A DNA stretch of 44,805 nucleotides from Pirellulaceae bacterium (GCA_044371785.1 JBILTA010000817.1:1-44805), one strand, 5' to 3'; counted from the first letter of the stretch, positions 16,736 to 23,669 are shown. The notes: generated by a model not told the origin, from the letters alone. A program made the numbers and translations.

Positions 16736-16776
16736 GATTTTGAGTCGAGTGCGTCAACCAATTCCGCCACGCTCCC
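16736..16776 (-). other. tRNA-Leu(CAA)-like 5' half (acceptor 5' strand, D arm, anticodon loop); candidate attP core
   Basis: The - strand reads GGGAGCG-TG-GCGGAATTGGTTGACGC-A-CTCGA-CTCAAAA-TC. The D-arm block GTGGCGGAATTGGT.GACGC is the canonical bacterial tRNA-Leu sequence. Similarity stops 2 nt after the anticodon loop, and there is no T arm or 3' acceptor strand. Confidence 0.5.
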
Positions 16777-16858
16777 AATGGATTCCAGCGATTCTCACGG
16801 GTGAGAACCGACCAGAAATTCCTGGTTGGGGCCAAATTAGCACCCCTCTCGACCGGAC

Positions 16859-17797
16859 CTAGATGGCATTCGCGCAGTTGACAACAGCAGCATACGTGTT
16901 GTGGACGTAGCGCTCGGTGGTCTTCACATTTGAATGTCCCATCGTTTGCTTGACGTGCATCACGGGCGTACCCGCTGCAACCTGCCACGTGCCGTAGCTG
17001 TGCCGCAGTGCATGGAAGACGTGTCCACGGGTGACCGTCTGGTCCTCGTACATCACGAATTCCCGCACGCGGTTGAACTCCCGTTGAATCCTCTGGCGAC
17101 TGTGCCAATAGTCACCAAAGACATACGCATTGGAGGCGCGTCCATCCAACAGCCGATGGGCCATGGGAATCAGACGCTCGTTCAACCCCACCTGGCGGTA
17201 GTTGCTGGTCTTGGTCCGTGATTCAGGGGTACCACCGACATGAATGAACGGTTGGTCCATCCTGAAATCAAAGTCCCAAACACGCAGCTTCCTCAGCTCG
17301 CCTTGCCGCAACCCTGTGTAGGCAGCAAACAAGACAAGATCAGCCAGTTCATCACGTCCGTGGTTCTTTGCAATCGAGCACAAGTGATCGACTTGTTGTT
17401 GCGTAAACCACTCTGTTCGACCCTCTGGTGTCTGATAACGCCTGATAACAGGCATATCATTGATCAGATGGTGATCGAGTAGACACTTGAATGTCGTGCT
17501 GATTGTTGACAGAAACTTGTTCGCACTGTTTTCTGTCCACTCACGTTCATCCTTGATGTCCTCTGTGATGTCACGGATCAGCTTGGAATCCATGGCCTTG
17601 AGGGGGATGGTTTCCCCGTCCATGTGCTCCTTCAGTTGTTTGTGGTGACGCCGTGCATTTGTCCCTTGACTCTTGGCCTCTCGATTCAGAGACCAGTTGG
17701 GATGATTCTCACAGGCAAACTCAAACGCCTGATCAAAGTTCGTGATCTTGGCCTTCTGAGGTTTCCGGTCGAGATAGCTCTGGAGTTTCGATGCCAT
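16859..17797 (-). CDS. int: Tyrosine recombinase / phage integrase
   Basis: Catalytic residues are visible: ..YTGLRQGELRKL.. (Arg), HALRHSYGT (HxxR), GHSNVKTTERYVH (Tyr). The likely ATG is at 17797 (the track start at 17836 is GTG). Confidence 0.9.
   Translation of the reverse strand: MASKLQSYLDRKPQKAKITNFDQAFEFACENHPNWSLNREAKSQGTNARRHHKQLKEHMDGETIPLKAMDSKLIRDITEDIKDEREWTENSANKFLSTISTTFKCLLDHHLINDMPVIRRYQTPEGRTEWFTQQQVDHLCSIAKNHGRDELADLVLFAAYTGLRQGELRKLRVWDFDFRMDQPFIHVGGTPESRTKTSNYRQVGLNERLIPMAHRLLDGRASNAYVFGDYWHSRQRIQREFNRVREFVMYEDQTVTRGHVFHALRHSYGTWQVAAGTPVMHVKQTMGHSNVKTTERYVHNTYAAVVNCANAI
17533..17541 (-). promoter_or_regulatory. AGTGGACAG motif copy inside int (reads CTGTCCACT on +)
   Basis: An exact 9-mer in the same orientation as copy 1. 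Confidence 0.4.
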
Positions 17798-18143
17798 ACA
17801 AATCCTCTTTGATTTGATCAATGAGTCTTTGGCCACGTTTGGTTAAACGTAGCTGTAGTCTTCTTCTGTTCGTAGGGTCCTGCTCCTTGATGATGAGGTT
17901 AAAGCCAGGCTCCCCTAATCGATTCTCTTTAGACAACCTATCAGTGTTTCTACTGCTACTCGATGTTTCAAACTTGAGATCTTCCTCAAGTGCGGTCTTG
18001 TGGCAGTATTCATGGGAAGCGATATACAAGAACGTTGCAATCAGCTGCCCAGGCACTTCCCGATCATAGGTTAGTAGACGTTGGATTGCTTTTAACAATC
18101 GCGCCACATCCGGATCGGTTAGCTGTCTTCTGAGGGGGTCCAT
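17733..18143 (-). CDS. MarR-like winged-helix DNA-binding protein
   Basis: ..QLIATFLYIASHEY.HKTALEEDLKFETSSSSRNTDRLSKE..GLI....DPTNRRRLQLRLTKRGQRLIDQI.. fits the MarR wHTH pattern (D..DrR...l.LT.kG). ATG start. The 3' end overlaps int by about 65 nt. Confidence 0.65.
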   Translation of the reverse strand: MDPLRRQLTDPDVARLLKAIQRLLTYDREVPGQLIATFLYIASHEYCHKTALEEDLKFETSSSSRNTDRLSKENRLGEPGFNLIIKEQDPTNRRRLQLRLTKRGQRLIDQIKEDLYGIETPELSRPETSEGQDHEL

Positions 18144-18185
18144 TGAGGAAGCTCGGACGATCTAATTCTAGACGCAACCTACCTA

Positions 18186-18194
18186 AGTGGACAG
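18186..18194 (+). promoter_or_regulatory. AGTGGACAG motif copy, embedded in the palindrome TGGACAGTCCA
   Basis: An exact 9-mer, 43-51 nt upstream (in gene sense) of the marR-like ATG at 18143. Confidence 0.5.
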
Positions 18195-18275
18195 TCCATG
18201 CAGTGTCAGTGCACCACATGTCGTTAAAGGATGAGGCATCGAGCCCCACATATAGTGCACCGAAACTGATTAGCG

Positions 18276-18440
18276 TCACTGATGGGCCTCCACGAGGTCT
18301 TGCTTGCCTCCAAAACCTAGTACATCCGTATCATCCATTAGCTGCTCATGGGCCAGTTGTAGCACCTCATCTTTATGCGGATGCTGCATAACCTGATCCA
18401 TCAGTTGAACTAGTCGCCGTTGAAACGTGGTTTCACTCAT
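18276..18440 (-). CDS. Small hypothetical protein (54 aa)
   Basis: MSETTFQRRLVQLMDQVMQHPHKDEVLQLAHEQLMDDTDVLGFGGKQDLVEAHQ. Its ATG overlaps the upstream stop by 8 nt (gATGAGTGA). It is below the track cutoff. Confidence 0.35.
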   Translation of the reverse strand: MSETTFQRRLVQLMDQVMQHPHKDEVLQLAHEQLMDDTDVLGFGGKQDLVEAHQ

Positions 18441-18798
18441 CTTGAGTTGGTGGAAATAGGTGATGAATAGAGTCGTGATCTGCCACGGTGAATTCGATAT
18501 CCGTGCGTGTGATCAATTCTTTAACCTTGGCTTCTGCTGCATGTCGCTTTTGATAGACATACTCAGTCACCTTTTTGGTCTTTAGATCTGTTGCTCTGAT
18601 GATGCAACATACGCTGCTCGGTAACTCCCATCCCCCCACTTTCCAAGACATAACCTCTTCATACGTGTGAGGAATGAAGTCGCTTTCATCAGCATCTTTG
18701 TATTCTTGCCAGTTGTTTGGAAAATAATTCTTCTTACCACTCATCAGACTTAAATACTTGGATAGTTTGTGTAGATAACTGAGCACCGGACAATTCAT
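18433..18798 (-). CDS. Hypothetical early protein
   Basis: 121 aa, ATG at 18798 (alternative ATG at 18744). No recognisable motif. Confidence 0.5.
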   Translation of the reverse strand: MNCPVLSYLHKLSKYLSLMSGKKNYFPNNWQEYKDADESDFIPHTYEEVMSWKVGGWELPSSVCCIIRATDLKTKKVTEYVYQKRHAAEAKVKELITRTDIEFTVADHDSIHHLFPPTQDE

Positions 18799-18955
18799 AA
18801 CATGCCAAAAGGGCGCGTTCTTGATTGGCGGCCATGACGTGGAACACCTGGCCGCTGGCTGCTACACAATTGAATTGTTGTAACTTACCTATATAATCTG
18901 ATGAGAGGAAAATACTATCACTTCTCACTTTGATCAAAGGTAAACAGTGAATCAA
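18734..18955 (-). CDS. Hypothetical early ORF, weak
   Basis: The track start is TTG, and the first ATG (18835) would leave only 33 aa. Confidence 0.25.
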   Translation of the reverse strand: MIHCLPLIKVRSDSIFLSSDYIGKLQQFNCVAASGQVFHVMAANQERALLACYELSGAQLSTQTIQVFKSDEW

Positions 18956-19082
18956 TCTCTAGCCATATGCAACTCTCAATATCCCCCTGCAATAAGATGT
19001 TTTCTGCATCATGCCGGCGTAAGCCAGCACTGACGCCACGCTCAATGCATTCAGCCAAGATTGCGTAGATGTTGGGTTTCAT
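18918..19082 (-). CDS. Hypothetical early protein (54 aa)
   Basis: The track start at 19130 is GTG and lies inside the terminator hairpin. The ATG at 19082 gives MKPNIYAILAECIERGVSAGLRRHDAENILL.. Confidence 0.4.
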   Translation of the reverse strand: MKPNIYAILAECIERGVSAGLRRHDAENILLQGDIESCIWLEIDSLFTFDQSEK

Positions 19083-19120
19083 GGCCCTGTTGGTTGATGA
19101 TTGTGAAAACTGTGATGCAC

Positions 19121-19146
19121 AAAAAAACACGGGTGTTATCCCGTGT
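19121..19146 (-). terminator. Rho-independent terminator
   Basis: The - strand reads ACACGGG-ATAACA-CCCGTGT followed by TTTTTTT, 10 nt after the stop of ORF 19156..19341. Confidence 0.6.
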
Positions 19147-19155
19147 CAATAACTA

Positions 19156-19341
19156 TCACTGACGATACATGCAATAAGCATCATCAATGAGTGATAGCTT
19201 GGCTTCATCAATGCAGCCAACATATGACAGGTGTCTAGACATAGCAGCGGTGGCTGACAAGCAGCCAACAGTCGCTAAAGAATACACACCACAAGCAGCA
19301 GCAAAGATGCCAACATTCTTGAAGAGTTTGCGTGTGTCCAT
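19156..19341 (-). CDS. Small membrane or secreted protein (61 aa)
   Basis: ATG start. It has an N-terminal hydrophobic segment (NVGIFAAACGVYSLATVGCL) and five Cys residues. Confidence 0.5.
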   Translation of the reverse strand: MDTRKLFKNVGIFAAACGVYSLATVGCLSATAAMSRHLSYVGCIDEAKLSLIDDAYCMYRQ

Positions 19342-19464
19342 GATTACTATCGGGTGAGAAAGTAAAAACCGATTGCTAATGCAATCAACGGTGGAACTGG
19401 TAGTAGGTGGATCATGTGATCGGTTGAGGGTGTGTGAGTCCCTCAGAAAGCCCGCCTATCCTGT

Positions 19465-19473
19465 AGTGGACAG
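19465..19473 (+). promoter_or_regulatory. AGTGGACAG motif copy
   Basis: An exact 9-mer in the loop of cctg-TAGTGGA-cagg, intergenic, about 125 nt upstream (gene sense) of the ATG at 19341. Confidence 0.5.
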
Positions 19474-19492
19474 GTAGGGCATAGTGAGAGAG

Positions 19493-19681
19493 TCAAATGC
19501 GTCCCATGGCTAGGTCATCCATAAATTCAGCCAGTGTGTCAGCTGGTAGGAAGGAAGCCAGGCGATCTAGTAATCCTTGAGCATCGAATCCACCTTCAAA
19601 AGTCAACCCCGAGAAGTCCTCTCGGATGTCAGCAGAAGGAAGGTTGTTGTCAGGATCGTATGGCTGATCAGCTGTGAACAT
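19493..19681 (-). CDS. Hypothetical acidic early protein (62 aa)
   Basis: The track start at 19768 is TTG. The ATG at 19681 gives MFTADQPYDPDNNLPSADIREDFSGLTFEGGFDAQGLLDRLASFLPADTLAEFMDDLAMGRI. Confidence 0.45.
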   Translation of the reverse strand: MFTADQPYDPDNNLPSADIREDFSGLTFEGGFDAQGLLDRLASFLPADTLAEFMDDLAMGRI

Positions 19682-19734
19682 GGTGTGTTGTTCAGATGGA
19701 GCAGTGCGAACACTGCAGAAAGCCTTCCTGCCGT

Positions 19735-19743
19735 AGTGGACAG
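19735..19743 (+). promoter_or_regulatory. AGTGGACAG motif copy
   Basis: An exact 9-mer between the inverted repeat ctgcc (19728-19732) and ggcag (19746-19750), about 55 nt upstream (gene sense) of the ATG at 19681. Confidence 0.5.
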
Positions 19744-19940
19744 AAGGCAGAGTGCAATGATCAAACAATGCGTGTTGCTCCGCTTACTGCTTGTGCTCCG
19801 TGTGCGTTAGCACGCACTTCGCGGTCAGAGACCCATGCCGCTAGTCGTCACCACTGGTTGATCCAGTAACGGAGCTGTCTTTAGTTGTCTAGATGCTGCG
19901 CACTGCAGCGGTCTGCTGTGCTGAGGTGATGGTATCCGTT

Positions 19941-19949
19941 AGTGGATAG
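19941..19949 (+). promoter_or_regulatory. AGTGGACAG motif variant (AGTGGATAG)
   Basis: A one-mismatch copy in the non-coding control region. Confidence 0.35.
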
Positions 19950-20055
19950 GTTGTCAATGGGTGTGTGGCAATCTGTTGGATGTCACACGGTCAGGCGGTG
20001 GATCTGCCCAGCATTCGCGCTGGTTCGCTTCGCCTATGCAGCAGTATGCTGCCTA

Positions 20056-20064
20056 AGTGGACAG
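20056..20064 (+). promoter_or_regulatory. AGTGGACAG motif copy
   Basis: An exact 9-mer in the non-coding control region. In gene sense it is followed by the hairpin gcagca-tac-tgctgc. Confidence 0.5.
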
Positions 20065-20340
20065 GTTGCCAGTAGGTGCAATGGTATGTAATGATCAGCG
20101 TTTCTTATTGGTAGTGCCTCCATTGATAAGGAGGGCCAGACAGATGTTTTGAGATGATATACGTGTGTTATTGCGAGCAATTCTCAATAAGCCGTGGCTC
20201 CGCCTGCATTGTGTATCAGGAAGGCACATTAAATGGGGAAATGATACTCGACTATTGATCGGGTAGGGTCCAAACTGCGCACCAGGGGGGTACCCCATGG
20301 GGGGCTGCGGCCTTGTTCACGCGTTATATAAGGCTTGAGA

Positions 20341-20357
20341 AATTTTTGTCAAAAATT
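20341..20357. promoter_or_regulatory. Perfect 8+1+8 palindrome AATTTTTG-T-CAAAAATT; candidate operator upstream of the RHH gene
   Basis: Read directly from the sequence. A TACAAT hexamer (candidate -10) follows about 9 nt downstream, and the RHH ATG is 77 nt downstream. Confidence 0.35.
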
Positions 20358-20433
20358 AAAGGCAGTACAATGAGGTGGGCCAGCGTAGCTGTAACTACCT
20401 GACCCGTGACCAACTCAAACAGAGCTTGAGCTG

Positions 20434-20616
20434 ATGAACCATTTTGATTTCAACCAGTCAAAACGACTGGAATCCTTCCGAATCTCTTCCAGGAAACCAG
20501 TCCGACTGACAGCCACAGTCAATTGGGCCACCCATCAGGCACTGATTGAACGAAGTAACAAAGAAGGACGCAGTGTTAGCAACTTAATGGCCTACATCTT
20601 AGAGACCCATCTGTAA
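20434..20616 (+). CDS. Ribbon-helix-helix (CopG/Arc/MetJ-type) DNA-binding protein; the only convincing + strand gene
   Basis: 60 aa. ..KPVRLTATVNWATHQALIERSNKEGRSVSNLMAYILETHL fits a beta-strand, helix, G.S, helix RHH pattern. Confidence 0.6.
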   Translation: MNHFDFNQSKRLESFRISSRKPVRLTATVNWATHQALIERSNKEGRSVSNLMAYILETHL

Positions 20617-20631
20617 GCCTCTGTAAGCCCC

Positions 20632-20964
20632 TTATTTCTCATCGTACACCTCAACATACCAAGGAGCCGTTAGACGCATCTCAGGAAGGCTTGTAGATGT
20701 CTCTGAGTGCGAGTTAGCACTCGCTGACGGCTTCTCTGTATAAATTGGCGTCACCATATCAGGCATTGGTATCTCATGAAGCGTTTCATACTCACGAATA
20801 GCTTCATCCACCTCAGCTTTAACCCGAGCATCAATAAGTTTGGTCTCTAGCCAAACCAAAAGACCCAGAAGCAGATGATCCAACCAAGGGATGCCTCTCT
20901 TCCAGGTCTTATACAGCACTCTGAACTCAGCTAACCTCAGTCTTTGTCCCACATTGCTTTGCAT
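20632..20964 (-). CDS. Hypothetical protein with one hydrophobic helix
   Basis: 110 aa, ATG start, overlapping the thyX stop. Hydrophobic segment IPWLDHLLLGLLVWL. Confidence 0.5.
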   Translation of the reverse strand: MQSNVGQRLRLAEFRVLYKTWKRGIPWLDHLLLGLLVWLETKLIDARVKAEVDEAIREYETLHEIPMPDMVTPIYTEKPSASANSHSETSTSLPEMRLTAPWYVEVYDEK

Positions 20965-21581
20965 ACATTAGGAAGGAATTGATAGAGCAGATCTTGTACT
21001 TGTTCTGCAATGACTGCATGTTCTTTTTGAGTACCATGGCTTGTCCTTAGATCGCAGTAATGCAACCAAGACCGGATCGTACCGTTCATGTACAACTTAG
21101 TTGGAGCTGCCATTGGCAACACTTCCCTTGCACACTCCTTAGCTACACCAGCTGCTACCAATTCTTTGTAAAGACCATAGCAATCTGAATAAAGACTACC
21201 AATCCTGAATTGGAAGTTCTTCTTTACCACCTCATTAAGATCATCAATACTGTTCTGCCTATTCTTTGTGTCTTGCCTGCGTAGCTCTGGGATACCAGCA
21301 TGTTTCTCTACCGTGGCATACCGTTGGGAGAACTCTTGAAAGCTAAAGGATCTGTGTCTGAGGATCTGTGCTGCAATACTCCTTGTTGTTTCAATAGAGA
21401 CACACATGTTCACCATTTCAAATGGAGACCAGTGTTGATGATCAATGAGGTATTTAATCAACCTAGCACTTGTCTGAGTGTTGGATTGATTAGCAGGATT
21501 AGAGACACGTGCCATGTAGCTGATTAAGTCTTCAGCATCAGGAGTGATATGGATCAGTTGTACTTGGTGGGTAGTACTCAT
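20937..21581 (-). CDS. thyX: Flavin-dependent thymidylate synthase
   Basis: The ThyX signature RHRSFSFQEFSQRY (RHRxxSxxxxSxR) is present. 214 aa, ATG start. Confidence 0.9.
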   Translation of the reverse strand: MSTTHQVQLIHITPDAEDLISYMARVSNPANQSNTQTSARLIKYLIDHQHWSPFEMVNMCVSIETTRSIAAQILRHRSFSFQEFSQRYATVEKHAGIPELRRQDTKNRQNSIDDLNEVVKKNFQFRIGSLYSDCYGLYKELVAAGVAKECAREVLPMAAPTKLYMNGTIRSWLHYCDLRTSHGTQKEHAVIAEQVQDLLYQFLPNVCKAMWDKD

Positions 21582-21740
21582 AAGTTAAAGCAGGTGCAGA
21601 TACTATTATTGATACATGATGATGCCGTGCTCTCAGTGCACGAATCCATCATGACTCAATAAGCCTTCTTAAGTTGTGGGTTAGGGGGTGGTTTAGGATT
21701 GGTCTTTGTGATTCATACGGGCAATGCGCCTCGAGCATTG

Positions 21741-21795
21741 CAAGATAAAGGGGAAGATAAGGAAGCTTGTCTTACTTGTCTTCCCCCTTTTTACA
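21741..21795. terminator. Strong hairpin (12-bp stem) with T-rich tails on both strands; terminator after terL, possibly bidirectional
   Basis: GGGGAAGATAAG (21750-21761) pairs with CTTGTCTTCCCC (21775-21786). The + strand tail is CTTTTT and the - strand tail is TTTATCTT. A second 7-bp hairpin, gcaatgc/gcattgc, lies at 21721-21741. Confidence 0.55.
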
Positions 21796-21899
21796 GGAGT
21801 CCGGTCCACCCTTCCATCCCCCTGTATACATGTCGGACCGTCAAACTCATTCCAGCAGAAGGGACTTCAAAGATTCTCTCTTTGTGTCTTATTTGAGAC

Positions 21900-23669
21900 T
21901 CAGACCCAAGTTGGAACCGCTTTTTTGCCAGCTAACTGCCTTGCTTGTCTGCGTTGATCGAGGCTCATTCCAAAGGCCATGTGATTGACAGCGGACTGAG
22001 GATCATCCAACCAAGCCTCTTCTAGGTCTTGCCAGTCTTCCTTACGACGTGTCTTTATGGCCTCATAGGCACTGATGGACATGGCATCAGTGAAGTACTT
22101 AACGCCTTGTGCCAGGGAGTCCAGACGGTCATCATGTCGCACGGCACCCTTCTCCCGGCACATCCGACTCATCTGATAGAAGAGCATGTAGAGGAGGCGT
22201 TCTTCTGGTGCTGCGTCTTTATTGGAGTTGTAATCCCATTCCACCACTGACTTATCAAAGACAAGCCGGTGTTGGTTCATGACTGGTTCAAGGGTATCAA
22301 TGATGCGATCTTCCTTGCGGACATTGGCCCGCACCTCTTCAATGTCTATGGCTTGCTTGGTTTGTTGCAGGTGTTTTTTGAAGAGCTCTGCGACGAGTCC
22401 ATCACCGAAGTTTGTTTCGACCACAAGTTTGGTAACGTTATAGCGCTTACACCCACGAAGGATGTCAAGAAGTGTACTGTCGCTATAACCGTCGCGATAC
22501 GCTCGTACTTCGTGAACGTAGAGAAAGCCATTCTTTTGAGAGATATAGGTAGCTGCTGTTTCATCTGAACCACGACCGGATGGGTCAACAGAGCAGATGG
22601 TTTCTGTGTATGGTCCCCAGTCGCCTTGGAGCTGCATCGGGGAGTAGAAGTAATCACCAGGCAGACCAACGGTTGGCAGGTCTTTCAGGACATTACGTGG
22701 GTCACTACACCAGACGACAGCATCGGGTGCTTGGTTTGGATTGACGGATGTGACAATCAGATCAGAGAACTTAAGTGGAAATTTTTCAGCATCACTGAGT
22801 GTTGTATCCAATTGGAATTGCAGCATGAAGTTGCTGCGTCCCATTGCGGCTTCTCGTTCCAGAAGGTCTTCTGTACTAAAGCGATCACTATCTGTTGGGG
22901 ACCATTCTTCTGCTCCCATCTCAATGTCTTCCACGATCTGTGGAGCAAGGAGACCTTCATATTGAGAGAGCTTGTCTTTCCGTGGGTAACGAGCTGGCCA
23001 AACAAACGGTCGATAGTTGCGCTCTGCTAATCGACGGTATATGGTGAAGGTGGTTTGGGGTGTACCTAGGTACATGATCCGTGAGTCCTTCTTCGGTGTG
23101 AGGATGGACTCCGCTTCTGTACAGAGTTGCAGGAGTTTTTCCCGCATCATTTCAGTCAGACTATTGGATGGTACTTCTACGTCATCCAGAATCATGAGAT
23201 CAGCACGACTACCAGTCAACTGACCTGTTATCCCAACTGATTTCACGGATGGTGCTTGGTGAGGAGCACAGTTGATATCAAAGCTAATACGAGACCAGCG
23301 AGCGGTGTCTGATTTAGGCTGCATGTGTTGCAACCATGGTGTCTCAACAATTAGTTTCTGACAGAAGATGCTGAAGTTATCAGCACGTTCCTTGCTAGCG
23401 CTAATGACCATTACCTTCTTGTCATTATCTTTGAACAGTGTCCACAGCACAAAGGCAGCAGTGATCCACGACTTCCCGACTCCACGAAATGCTTGCACCA
23501 TCAGTCTTTTGGGCCCATACTGCAGGTAATCAGCAATTGAGTATTGAGCGCGTGTTGGAGATGGCAGATCCAGCTGTGACCAGACAGCCTGAAGAAAGTA
23601 CTTAAAGTCTCCCCTCAATAAAGTCAGCGAGTCTTGTTGCGATTCTAAGGAGTTCTTCTGGTGTTGCAT
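21900..23669 (-). CDS. terL: Terminase large subunit (T7 gp19-like)
   Basis: ..FLQAVWSQLDLPSPTRAQ..VQAFRGVGKSWITAAFVLW..ISASKERADNFS..SVKSVGITGQLTGSRADLMILDDVEVPSNS.. is near-collinear with T7 gp19. Confidence 0.95.
   Translation of the reverse strand: MQHQKNSLESQQDSLTLLRGDFKYFLQAVWSQLDLPSPTRAQYSIADYLQYGPKRLMVQAFRGVGKSWITAAFVLWTLFKDNDKKVMVISASKERADNFSIFCQKLIVETPWLQHMQPKSDTARWSRISFDINCAPHQAPSVKSVGITGQLTGSRADLMILDDVEVPSNSLTEMMREKLLQLCTEAESILTPKKDSRIMYLGTPQTTFTIYRRLAERNYRPFVWPARYPRKDKLSQYEGLLAPQIVEDIEMGAEEWSPTDSDRFSTEDLLEREAAMGRSNFMLQFQLDTTLSDAEKFPLKFSDLIVTSVNPNQAPDAVVWCSDPRNVLKDLPTVGLPGDYFYSPMQLQGDWGPYTETICSVDPSGRGSDETAATYISQKNGFLYVHEVRAYRDGYSDSTLLDILRGCKRYNVTKLVVETNFGDGLVAELFKKHLQQTKQAIDIEEVRANVRKEDRIIDTLEPVMNQHRLVFDKSVVEWDYNSNKDAAPEERLLYMLFYQMSRMCREKGAVRHDDRLDSLAQGVKYFTDAMSISAYEAIKTRRKEDWQDLEEAWLDDPQSAVNHMAFGMSLDQRRQARQLAGKKAVPTWV

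Noticed and set aside
16681-16776. Possible complete tRNA or tmRNA-like gene (5' half plus two downstream hairpins)
   Set aside because: The 3' anticodon stem does not pair and there is no T-loop (TTCRA) or 3' acceptor strand. The second hairpin is followed by a T run and behaves as a terminator.
16671-17108. 145-aa - strand ORF spanning the terminator, attP and int 3' end
   Set aside because: It is out of frame with the integrase catalytic motifs. It runs through a terminator hairpin and the tRNA-like segment, and its composition is Arg/Pro/Cys-rich.
20095-20298. 67-aa - strand ORF in the control region
   Set aside because: It has Arg/Pro/Gly-rich odd composition and spans hairpins and the G6-C4-G6 element. 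It has no SD and no coupling to neighbours, so it is more likely non-coding.
20434-20616. RHH as the antitoxin of a toxin-antitoxin pair
   Set aside because: There is no co-directional partner ORF upstream or downstream. The next gene converges from the opposite strand only 15 nt away.
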